Below are positions 1-10,000 of a stretch of DNA of 64,000 bases, in pieces. This stretch comes from a virus. Its lineage: Duplodnaviria > Caudoviricetes. The stretch spans positions 64,001-128,000 of IMG/VR virus record IMGVR_UViG_3300043434_000734. One strand, given 5' to 3'. How positions within the stretch are numbered: position 1 is the stretch's first letter; every line of letters starts with the position of its first letter. Under the pieces are notes generated by a model. That model saw only the letters and a list, made by a program, of their open reading frames with translations, was not told the DNA's origin and ran no database searches. The position numbers were made by a program, and so were the translations under genes.

Positions 1-16
1 TAAAAGAAACTTTACT

Positions 17-673
17 TTAGAACCTATATTCATTTTGTGTCTCCTCCTCAGGGTTAAAAGATTGTTTTATGGTATCGGTTGGATAATTTGTTACTTCGTC
101 TTTAGTTAAAACGTATTCATTTTTACCACTAGCTCTCATTTCACCTTGTTTGTGGGCAAAAAACTCTTGTGGTTTTTCATTAAACGGATACGAATCTAAA
201 GAACGCATTTCTAATTTTTCAACTTCAGTCTTAGGTCTCATTTGTTCAACCTTAGAACCTAATTGGTCGATTTTAGACATAACAGCATCCATCTGAGCTA
301 ATTTACTTTCTAAATCTGTCAATTTAGTAAATACGTCATCCATTTTACCAATGACACTATTATTATCTTGTTTATTGTTCTCTAAATCGTTTTTAATATT
401 TTTAGTCATATTAACTAAATCGGTAATATCAATTTCTTCGGTGTTATCCTCATCTCCATCAATTGCCGGTAATTCAGCATCTGTAGATGCTGTATCTAAT
501 GGAGGTAACCCACCATCTACAGATGCGTCAGTTGCCGGTAATTCCGCGTCGGATGATGAATCTTCAGGTGTTGGTTCCGCTGGTGCCGCCTCTTGTTCCA
601 TTATCATCGTTTTACCATATTTGTTAATGGCTTTATAACGATTTAATTCTTCTTGTAGTTTTTGTTCTAACAT
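17..673 (-). CDS. Hypothetical protein with acidic linker and coiled coil, probably virion-associated
   Basis: ORF 17..706; likelier start MLEQKLQEE at 673 just after the upstream stop at 678. Acidic Pro/Asp/Glu linker and heptad-rich segment LTDLESKLAQMDAVMSKIDQL. Confidence 0.6.
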   Translation of the reverse strand: MLEQKLQEELNRYKAINKYGKTMIMEQEAAPAEPTPEDSSSDAELPATDASVDGGLPPLDTASTDAELPAIDGDEDNTEEIDITDLVNMTKNIKNDLENNKQDNNSVIGKMDDVFTKLTDLESKLAQMDAVMSKIDQLGSKVEQMRPKTEVEKLEMRSLDSYPFNEKPQEFFAHKQGEMRASGKNEYVLTKDEVTNYPTDTIKQSFNPEEETQNEYRF

Positions 674-677
674 AGTA

Positions 678-881
678 TTAATCTTGTAATAATTGTCTAC
701 CATCATTGGTAATATACTTTTTATTTATTCTTTCAACAATTCCGTCTTTTTCTCTAATTGTATAACATTCTCCAGTTACCAAATCACACTCTTCTCTCTC
801 CATACCATCATTAGATACATTTCTAACTTTCTTTGGATTCAAAAATTTGTCCATCGTATTGTTTAATCTATTATTTTCCAT
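678..881 (-). CDS. Small hypothetical protein (67 aa)
   Basis: ORF preceded by TATTTATA (899-906); contains ECDLVTGECY; operonic spacing. Confidence 0.65.
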   Translation of the reverse strand: MENNRLNNTMDKFLNPKKVRNVSNDGMEREECDLVTGECYTIREKDGIVERINKKYITNDGRQLLQD

Positions 882-925
882 AATATTTCTTTTATAAGTA
901 TAAATATCCCAATATTGTTAATATT

Positions 926-3900
926 CTATATTAAGTTAAAATATACCACATCCCCATCATTTAAACCTAAGTATTTCATTAATTTTATCGACATACCCAT
1001 TGCGTATGTGTCCATTTCGGGAAACACATCAATTGGTCCTTGGTAAAGTCTTGATTCTCCGTTTAAAACACTAAAGTCTAAACTGTATTTTGGGTCTAAA
1101 GTAATTGTTTTTCCATTTTTTGGGTTATAAAATATCGAAGTTGCACCAATAACAAAATCCGCACTTTTTTTATCTAATTTAAACTTGGTTGAATAAAAAT
1201 ATTGTTTCGTAGTTTGTTGTGAAACTTCTTGCCAAGTTAATGTACTTGGTAATGGTTTTCCTGTTGTTTGATGTGAAACGGATGTTAAACGACCGATTAT
1301 CGACATTTCGTTATTTAGATTCATCACGTTATTCAATTCGCCCATTCTAACAACTCTCGTTCTTAACCAAGTAGTACTATCTTTTTCACCATTTTTATTA
1401 GGAATAGTTGATGGGTGATTAGGATGTGTAATTTTCTGAATAAATCTTTCGTCCATAAATCCATTATATGGTATACCAAATTCAGTTAATCCCGTTTCTG
1501 CAACAACTTTTTCGTTTTCATCAGAAATTAAACCTCTATCAAATGTTACCGTTGTTGATGTTTGTTGTGTTCTACCATTAATCGTTACGTCAGATAAGAC
1601 TCTAAGTTGTTCACTCGTATCTGTTTTTCTGTCCGCCCCATTAACTCTATTCTGTGCCTTCTTAATTAATTTATCAAATAAAGTTTTATAACTTGACATA
1701 AAGGAGTCCGACAAATCAGGTAATGAGGTATATGGTAATCTTGAACCTTTAAAAGTTGTTGTAATATTATTATTTCTAATATTATGTGAAACCTCAGTAA
1801 TCCAATATGAACCTTTAAACATTGGTATATTTTTTAAATAGAAGAACATTGTAGGTTGAATCATAACATTACCCATACAAGTAATCTCACAACTATATGC
1901 CGCCTGTCTATAGTATTCGTATAAACCGATGTCTACGTTATATGTACCCGAACCTGACTCGGACCTTGCTAAGTTTTCTAAAACAACAAATGATTCACTT
2001 GTATTTTTAATTGTAGCTTGGTCTAATTGAATTCCTTTAAATATATTTTGATTTTGGTCACCAAAACTCACTTCAAACGCCACTACTTTATTTGATTTAC
2101 TCAAATCACCAGTGCTAAATACTTTTGGTAACTCATACATTACAGGATTATTATTAACATTTCCAATATTAAAACTATCGTCACTAAATTTAAATTTTTT
2201 ATCTTTTTTATTTCCAATGTCAATTCTTTTTGATGACGCCGAAACATATTGAATGATAACTTTAGGTGAAGATTCTTGATAATCGACATCTAAGAATGTT
2301 CCGAATATGTTTTTAGCCACATTTTTAGATGGAACCATTTTAGGTGTGTTTGAAAAATTAGTACCGTAATAGTTTACATACGATGGTAATGCCTTCATAT
2401 CAAAACCCGTTTCTTGTAATAACAAAGAAATTGCACCAAACAAAGATTGTTTTACGTTCTTTTCATTTCCTAATGCTGCCAATCTACTTACGTTAAAAAA
2501 GTATATGTCACCAATATCTCTATTAGCCTTATCTAAAAATAAAAACTCTTCAAGTAGTGATCTTTGTCCAATTGAATTACCTGAAATCCATTTATCATTC
2601 ATAGATTTAAAGAAATTATATAGTTCAACTTTCATCGGTTGGTCATTATAACCACCGTTGAATCTGACATCATTAACTTCCGTTTGTACATTGAATGTTG
2701 AAAAACCCGATATTAATAAATCTAAAAATAAGTTTCTTCTTTTTTCAGAATTAACAAATATATTGTTTCTTATGTATTCTTTAAAATTAGCGTGTGTTGC
2801 TGGTTTGCCAGATTGGACGTATCCTGCGTATATCAGTACTAAAGGTCTGAACATAATTATGTTTTCACCCTTTAATTCTACATTATTATCCTTAAAGAAG
2901 TTTAAATAACAATCGGTTGTTGGTTCTTCACCAATATATAATTTTAATAAATTTCTATTATCAAGTGTATTTTGTGTTTCATTATAGTCATTTACACTAT
3001 AACTGTTATGTATTGAAACCTCAGCAAATCCGTTAAAGATGTGTGGGTCAATTTCTTTAGGATTTGCAATCGTTAACTTTATTAAATTATTAGTTGATAG
3101 GATGTTATTGGTTATCGATTTTAGTTTTTCAACCTGTTTCGTTCTAATTAATTTTATGTTGTCATCAACGTTTGTACCTAATCCTTTTGGGATGTCGATA
3201 CTTACAATTTCTTTTAAAAGGTCTTGAAATGTTTGATATTTAACCGAACCGAATAGATTCGAATTAATCGATGTGTTAATTTTACCACTCGCAAATTTTA
3301 GAAATAATCGTTCGAATTCGTCTAAAATTGCCGGACTAAATGTACCAATTAAATCATAAACTTTTTTATTTGTTAAATCGGCACCATAAACATTATCAAT
3401 TGAGTTATTGTACTCAAGTGGAGACGGTAATCTTACATTATTAAAATCACTATTAATATATTCATCTTCCCATATTGTCCTATAATAAATTTGTTGTCCT
3501 CTTTCAAATGTATCGTTACCTATGGAATATTCGTCAATATTTTGTAAATCAATATTTTCATTACCTCCATCACAAGGTAATAGTGTAAATCTTTTATCTT
3601 CGGTTTCAAATTTACTATTATTAACATACGACGTCCAATAGTTTAAATCGTTACCACTTACAGTGCGTTTTCTAACGATAATTTTACCATCATCCACATT
3701 ATCGTTAAACGATGACATATCACCATTGTTGATTGTGTAATGATTATATCCATTCACAATTTGGTGAAATATGGCATCGTAATATGGGTGAATACCAACA
3801 TCTTTACTTAAATCATATGTTATTGGTTCTCCATCTAAGAAAACGGGTGGTGCTCCATCAACTTCATTATCAAAAAATACTCTACCGTCTATATTAGTCG

Positions 3901-6757
3901 TTAGTAATGTTGAGTTTAGACATCCCTCTAAAATGTCAAAGTTATCTCTAATTGACCTTTTGTATCTATGGTATATCGACCCCCATTTTAAAATTAAGTG
4001 ATATGGAACATATTGAGACGACCCAATTTCCCTAAATAATGTCGAAACTAAAGGTGATACTTTTTTACCAGATTTCATTCGATAGTCTACGTGTTCATCT
4101 AATTCGACAAAAGGTAAAGAATTTAGTAAAAGATATGCCGAACCAACATATTTAGAATCTAAACTTTCATTTACTGTAAAGTCATAAAATAACTGTTTGT
4201 GAAAATATGGTGTATTTAAAATATTTGTACTGTTATTGTTAACAATAAATCCTCTTGAGAATATATTAGTCGTATAACCTGTTGATTTATCACTATATCT
4301 TACCCAAAACTTAGGATCAATCTGTCCCGATATTAAACCTTCTTTAGTGTTAACTTCTAAAAATCCATCAGTTAATAGTTCACTTTTATTAAATGAAGAT
4401 AAACTTTTACCATTAGAATCTTTTAAGTAACTAATATAATTAGGTGAATTAAATGGGTAAATATTCACCCTATGTTCGTCAGGCACATAACTTAATAAAT
4501 TTTCACTAAGTTTAGTGTACGACCCATCGTTTGTAAGATTTTTTGTTGATAACGAATATTCCTCAATTTTAAATTGGGTATTGTAAAATTCATTTAAATA
4601 AAAGGTTGTAGGTATTTGATCTTGATAGTACGTATAATTTTCGAATGGTGCTAACTTTTTCATTTGTAACACTAAATCATTTTGTGATTTAACATTATCT
4701 TTTAAAATGTTAATCACATTACTGTCATTTACTATGGAATCTTTAATATTGTTAAACTCAATTTTTGATAACTCCCTTATGGTGTCCAAATCAAATGAAT
4801 CTAACATTGTAAATGTTAATGCCCTTTCCCAAATCTCATATAAAAAATTAGCCTGATTTTTATCTTGGTACGGTGTAATATCTATAACCGTTTTAATTGT
4901 GTCAATAGGTTTGATAATATTATTATCAGCATTAGTTTCAAACCTGTATGTTATTTTATCAAACCCACCTTCCTTATTTGTTAATGGGTCGATTCTATTT
5001 GTTGTAACACCAATATAATTCTCAATAAAATCAACTTCAGGCCAAATTCTAGCATCATTTGATTTTAATTTACCTACGTAATTTTGATCACCAGGATATA
5101 TTATAACATTTTCCTTACCCTTTACTGTGCTCTTTATTTCAGGCCAAGGGTAGATAGAATCACCATTTGTCTCTTTTGAATAATTTGTTCCGATAATTTT
5201 CTTTCTCGTCTCAGCCTGATCAAATGCACGTTTATGTACATCTTTCATTAATCTAATTAAAACTTCCGCATTTGAGAGTATAACTGCAAAAATATTACGT
5301 ATGGTTGGTTCAAAACCAAACCCACCGTCTTTTCTTCTTACAATTTCGTTCATTTTTTTTTCAACTTCCTCTTCAAGTTTAATTCTTTGTTCCTCAAAGT
5401 TTTTTTGGATGGTATTAATTTGATTTATCAATTCGTCGATAGCAATTAAATTTTTACCGTCTGAAGTTTTAGTTACGTATATGTCAATGTTATCCTGAAC
5501 ACTATCAATACTTAATCTAAATCTATCAAAAACAGACATAGTGTTGTTTAATAAATTCTCAGTAAACAATTTATTCTTAGGTATCTTACCTTCATACTTA
5601 TCCGCATAAACCCTTAAAAGTTTTGCTAATGTTCCATCTTTAAATGGGTCGTATAACCATTCATCATTTAACTTATTTTTATCATTTAAATAATAATAAT
5701 TAATACCTGATGTTGAATAGTCAATTACCGGATTTGAATCTAATCTTTTCTTTGCCCATCCTTTTACCTCTGTCTCAAAGTTTTTTAATGATTCCTCCAA
5801 TTCTTTGACTCCAACAAATAATCTCATATCAACTACTTGGTCAAATATTTCCCTTTCTAATATGACGTCTAACGTTTCCGCAATTGTTAAAATTTCTCTA
5901 AGTGTCTTAACAGGAAAGTCTTTTTTAATTAGACCTTTTTGTTTGTATTCACCATAAATCGATTTTAACATATCATACCCTCTTGTTGATTTAACTACAG
6001 TTTGAAGAATCTTACCATTTCCGTCGGTTTGGACATCTTTACTATTTTCATTGGGGAAAAGGTATGGTGCATTTAATAATCCCTGTAACGGTATATCACT
6101 TAGATATGCGTATGTTGAGCCGACGAATGTTGTTGAAACTTCGAAGTTACCATTAGACTCATTAAATTTTGTACTGAATTTAACAAGGTGTAATCTATAT
6201 TTTATTGCCTTACCATAAAATCCTTTTACCGTTAAATAAAATATAGGCCAAGGTATATGAAAAAATGCCTTGTATGGTGAGTTTTCTGGTGAATCAAAAA
6301 GTGTTTTACCTCTTACATCAACAAAATTAATTTGTACTTGTGGTATTGCATTATAACCCTTAACATTGATTGAAATGCTGTCAATACCAAAAGATTGTCC
6401 CGAATCGTCAGATTGAAAAAAATCACCGGATAAATTAGTCGATTTATTGTCATTAACTTCACTATAAGCCTCAGTCCAACTAGTGTCAAAGTCTTTTCCA
6501 TTTTGATTACCCATAATGTTTAGGGTTCCCTTGGCAATGTTAGTTAATGTATTTGAATCATTGTCAGATGCGAGTATACTTCTAGGGACTAAGTCAGCCT
6601 CTAAGTTTACATACATAACTAATTTCTCTTGTTCTAATCCTCTATCTGTAACCTCACCCTTACCATTAATAACAGTATTTGGGTCGATGTATATTAGATT
6701 ATTCTGATCAACCTTAACATATATGTCTTCACTATTTGATAAATTATTGTTCCCCAT
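926..6757 (-). CDS. Very large baseplate hub protein (gp27/gpD-like N- and C-terminal segments)
   Basis: 1943 aa; FGIDSISINV..PQVQINFVDVRG near the N-terminus; YSCEITCMGNVMIQP..GSYWITEVSHNI..TTTFKGSR near the C-terminus resembles hub beta-barrels; position in the baseplate cluster. Confidence 0.6.
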   Translation of the reverse strand: MGNNNLSNSEDIYVKVDQNNLIYIDPNTVINGKGEVTDRGLEQEKLVMYVNLEADLVPRSILASDNDSNTLTNIAKGTLNIMGNQNGKDFDTSWTEAYSEVNDNKSTNLSGDFFQSDDSGQSFGIDSISINVKGYNAIPQVQINFVDVRGKTLFDSPENSPYKAFFHIPWPIFYLTVKGFYGKAIKYRLHLVKFSTKFNESNGNFEVSTTFVGSTYAYLSDIPLQGLLNAPYLFPNENSKDVQTDGNGKILQTVVKSTRGYDMLKSIYGEYKQKGLIKKDFPVKTLREILTIAETLDVILEREIFDQVVDMRLFVGVKELEESLKNFETEVKGWAKKRLDSNPVIDYSTSGINYYYLNDKNKLNDEWLYDPFKDGTLAKLLRVYADKYEGKIPKNKLFTENLLNNTMSVFDRFRLSIDSVQDNIDIYVTKTSDGKNLIAIDELINQINTIQKNFEEQRIKLEEEVEKKMNEIVRRKDGGFGFEPTIRNIFAVILSNAEVLIRLMKDVHKRAFDQAETRKKIIGTNYSKETNGDSIYPWPEIKSTVKGKENVIIYPGDQNYVGKLKSNDARIWPEVDFIENYIGVTTNRIDPLTNKEGGFDKITYRFETNADNNIIKPIDTIKTVIDITPYQDKNQANFLYEIWERALTFTMLDSFDLDTIRELSKIEFNNIKDSIVNDSNVINILKDNVKSQNDLVLQMKKLAPFENYTYYQDQIPTTFYLNEFYNTQFKIEEYSLSTKNLTNDGSYTKLSENLLSYVPDEHRVNIYPFNSPNYISYLKDSNGKSLSSFNKSELLTDGFLEVNTKEGLISGQIDPKFWVRYSDKSTGYTTNIFSRGFIVNNNSTNILNTPYFHKQLFYDFTVNESLDSKYVGSAYLLLNSLPFVELDEHVDYRMKSGKKVSPLVSTLFREIGSSQYVPYHLILKWGSIYHRYKRSIRDNFDILEGCLNSTLLTTNIDGRVFFDNEVDGAPPVFLDGEPITYDLSKDVGIHPYYDAIFHQIVNGYNHYTINNGDMSSFNDNVDDGKIIVRKRTVSGNDLNYWTSYVNNSKFETEDKRFTLLPCDGGNENIDLQNIDEYSIGNDTFERGQQIYYRTIWEDEYINSDFNNVRLPSPLEYNNSIDNVYGADLTNKKVYDLIGTFSPAILDEFERLFLKFASGKINTSINSNLFGSVKYQTFQDLLKEIVSIDIPKGLGTNVDDNIKLIRTKQVEKLKSITNNILSTNNLIKLTIANPKEIDPHIFNGFAEVSIHNSYSVNDYNETQNTLDNRNLLKLYIGEEPTTDCYLNFFKDNNVELKGENIIMFRPLVLIYAGYVQSGKPATHANFKEYIRNNIFVNSEKRRNLFLDLLISGFSTFNVQTEVNDVRFNGGYNDQPMKVELYNFFKSMNDKWISGNSIGQRSLLEEFLFLDKANRDIGDIYFFNVSRLAALGNEKNVKQSLFGAISLLLQETGFDMKALPSYVNYYGTNFSNTPKMVPSKNVAKNIFGTFLDVDYQESSPKVIIQYVSASSKRIDIGNKKDKKFKFSDDSFNIGNVNNNPVMYELPKVFSTGDLSKSNKVVAFEVSFGDQNQNIFKGIQLDQATIKNTSESFVVLENLARSESGSGTYNVDIGLYEYYRQAAYSCEITCMGNVMIQPTMFFYLKNIPMFKGSYWITEVSHNIRNNNITTTFKGSRLPYTSLPDLSDSFMSSYKTLFDKLIKKAQNRVNGADRKTDTSEQLRVLSDVTINGRTQQTSTTVTFDRGLISDENEKVVAETGLTEFGIPYNGFMDERFIQKITHPNHPSTIPNKNGEKDSTTWLRTRVVRMGELNNVMNLNNEMSIIGRLTSVSHQTTGKPLPSTLTWQEVSQQTTKQYFYSTKFKLDKKSADFVIGATSIFYNPKNGKTITLDPKYSLDFSVLNGESRLYQGPIDVFPEMDTYAMGMSIKLMKYLGLNDGDVVYFNLI

Positions 6758-7070
6758 AATATAGATTATATAATTCTACACCTCTTTTGTAATCTTGTAA
6801 AGAGCTAATTAAAGGAAATGGTATTCTTAAAAAGAAATTATCAGGAATTTCAAATTCTAAACCTCCCGCTTGTGGATTTGCTAACATAATTAACCATCCA
6901 AATGTTGGAGTTTCGTAATATTCTTGAGAAATCTTATCTAACCTATCTTTACCTTTCTTGTATTGAACGTACTTATCTGACCCCTTGATTGGAATTTCGA
7001 TTCCGGGGACTATTCGATGTACTCCATCCTCAATGAAAAATTGATATCTATCAAAATAGTTCTTACTCAT
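6744..7070 (-). CDS. Baseplate wedge protein with LysM-like/tail-X fold (gp53-like)
   Basis: YKKGKDRLDKISQEYYETPTFGWLIMLANP..LRIP is the typical LysM/tail-X pattern. Confidence 0.7.
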   Translation of the reverse strand: MSKNYFDRYQFFIEDGVHRIVPGIEIPIKGSDKYVQYKKGKDRLDKISQEYYETPTFGWLIMLANPQAGGLEFEIPDNFFLRIPFPLISSLQDYKRGVELYNLYYGEQ

Positions 7071-7073
7071 TTC

Positions 7074-10000
7074 TTATTTTTTATAATAATTTAACTCCAC
7101 AGTCACATCATTAGAAATTGCAAAAATTTGTTTTATTTCGTCTGTTGTGTCAATAAGTATTTCAGTTCCAATGTTATAAACAATTGGTTTATTGTTTTTA
7201 CGTTTTGGTTTTTTACCATAACGTAAATTGTATATTTCATTTTTATTTAAAACTTTATCAAAATGTCTATCTAATATATCATTAATTTCATCCCCAAGTT
7301 TCAATAATTTTATTTCATTAATGATGGTATCTTTATTTTCGGACACCACTAAACCTAAAATCACTTGACTTAATAAATCATCAGTTAATTCAATTGTTGG
7401 GTCGTTGACATCTGTGTTAAATTTACTACTGATTGTTTCAACGTTTCTTTTAATGTAATCAATTGCGTCACTGTATGTTGAATAAAAATTTGAATCGTCA
7501 AATGACGTTAAATTTACTGAATAGGATTTACCGTTTTCCAATTTAACATCATACCCATTTTTAACTATGAAATTTAACTTATCAATTGTTTGAATTATAT
7601 TGTCTCTATTATTTTCAAAATCTTTTATACTACTCAATACTGAAATCTCCTCTACTTTCTTGTCTATAATCGATAATACTGATAAAAATAAAGAATTACT
7701 TATTACATCACTGTTATCAGTTGTTACAACATCGGATAGTTCAAAAATTGAAACTATTTTTTCATTTGTTAATAACCCCTCAATATTACTAACCAATTTT
7801 TTAATATATTCGTTATAATCATCAACTGATTTATATACTCCAAATAATTCCATAACATCTGTTTCAACACTATCGGTGTTAATAACGTAATCACTAACAT
7901 TTCTATATGCATTATTTAAAATAAAATTTGTAAAATGTGGACCGTATTTTGTTAATAAAGTATTAAATAATGTTTCATAAGTGTCCAAATAATCAATACT
8001 ATATTTGTAAAGGTTATCAATTAATGTTGTATAATTTAATACGGTATTACCAGAAAACTCACCAAAATATTGACCCTCAACATATTTAATCCCTAATTTA
8101 TCTTTAATATTTTTCTTTTGTGTATTGGTATCATTTAAACTTTGTAAAAACGATTTAGTAAACGTCTCAGCATCTTGTCCACCAATTTTTGTGTTTGTTG
8201 ATTCTGACCTCTCATCATACATTTCTGTATTGGCATAGAAATTAGATGATAACGCATTTTGTAACCGTTCAATTGGTTTCTCTAAACCTTGACCTCCTAT
8301 AAAATTAATTTGCATAGTAATAGTTGCAATCATAGGTTGTACACCAATTCCTTCAGGATTTAAATCCCAAGTAGTGTCATCAAATGTTATGTTCAAATCT
8401 CTGAAAATAACTTTAGAATGGTAAAAATCACCAACTCTTAACACACAAATAGGTGGTGGACCAAATGATGTATTTCTTGCATTTAAATCGGAATCGTCAG
8501 ATAAACCTTTAACCGGTATTGTGTTTCCTGGTCTTAAACATTGTTGTAAAAAAGTTAAACGTGAATTTAAACCTTCGGGTGTCATTGAGTGGAAACCTGG
8601 ATGAAAGTATTTTAACTTTTCTTTCAATGAACCAAACACTAATGGTGACGTCTCCTCCAACATTTTAAAGTAATATTCTTCGGATAATGTTTTCATTATT
8701 ATCCTTTTCATCACATCAATTGGTGGTTTTTTATTACCTAAATTTAAATTATTTAATTGTGATAATTTAACATTGTTATTTGGTTGATTTTCAGTTAAAT
8801 TTTTTCGTTTATATTCTAACGACACTGTAGATTGTCTACATCCATATGATATTGGTGATAATACGTTTAAATCGGGATTTGTGAAAACCACTTTACTACA
8901 ATCCACCCCATTAACTGCAACTTTTTCACCATAGTTTGTGGTTCTAAAATATAATCTACCACTACCCTTAAAACCTAATTCTTTAAATGAATAATCAATA
9001 TCAATTTGGTCAACTTGTGTACCCGGTGCATTTTTAGTGATTTCAGTAAATGACCATTTTTCTTTATATGTGGCACCAATTTCTTTTAAAACACTTTTAA
9101 CGACTGAGTGTGACCTTCTAATAGTTAATTGATAATTTTCGTTATCCGGTGAGTTACCCGATGAGGTAGAACCTATTAACACAATAATGTCCCTATCAAC
9201 TAAATCTTTTTCTAAATCTTCCCTTAATTTTGTTAATGTGGATTTAAAATTATCTAAATCACTTTCAAATGTGGTATATAATGTTGTTAAGTCATCAACT
9301 ACCTTATCAGCCGAAGATTGGGGTACTTCGTTTTCTGTGTTGAATTGTATTACTCTATCCTTCTTATTAGTGTCTCCACTAATAATTGAATCTACCGCCA
9401 AAGTTAATGTGGTTATATTCTCATCTTTTGTGTTTAAAATTTCATCGGTAGTGTTTATATAATCAAATGTTGAATTATAATCTACGGTACCTTCTTTCTT
9501 ATCTGATGTTGGTGTTCCTTGAGCATAATAAAGTTTACCGTTAAACGTTATATTGTTACTGTTAGCATCAGACGTTGATGTTCCGTTAGGGTTAGTCACT
9601 ACAGGTGAACTAACCGTACTTCTGTATCGTTTAATTTGATTCGTATCACCACTACTATTCAAATAATCTTGAATCATAGTTATGTCTTCCGAATCTAAAT
9701 TAGTGTATGTTCTAATTAAACTATAAAAATCAATGTCCTTCGCCCCTGCAAAAAATGCGGTAATATATGTGTCAACATCTTCTTCAGACATATTTTTAAA
9801 GTGTTCTCTAACCATCAAGTTCAATATACTAGGGTGATCGACAACAATCTTAAATGATAATTGTCCACTTCTTTCTGTATTTTGATATGTATAAATTGGT
9901 TCGGGTCTCCCTAAGAAAGTATTCTTATCCCAGTTCGCACTATTTTGTTCTGATACTTTTAAATCATATGGTGGAAACCACATAACTCTACCACCATTGT

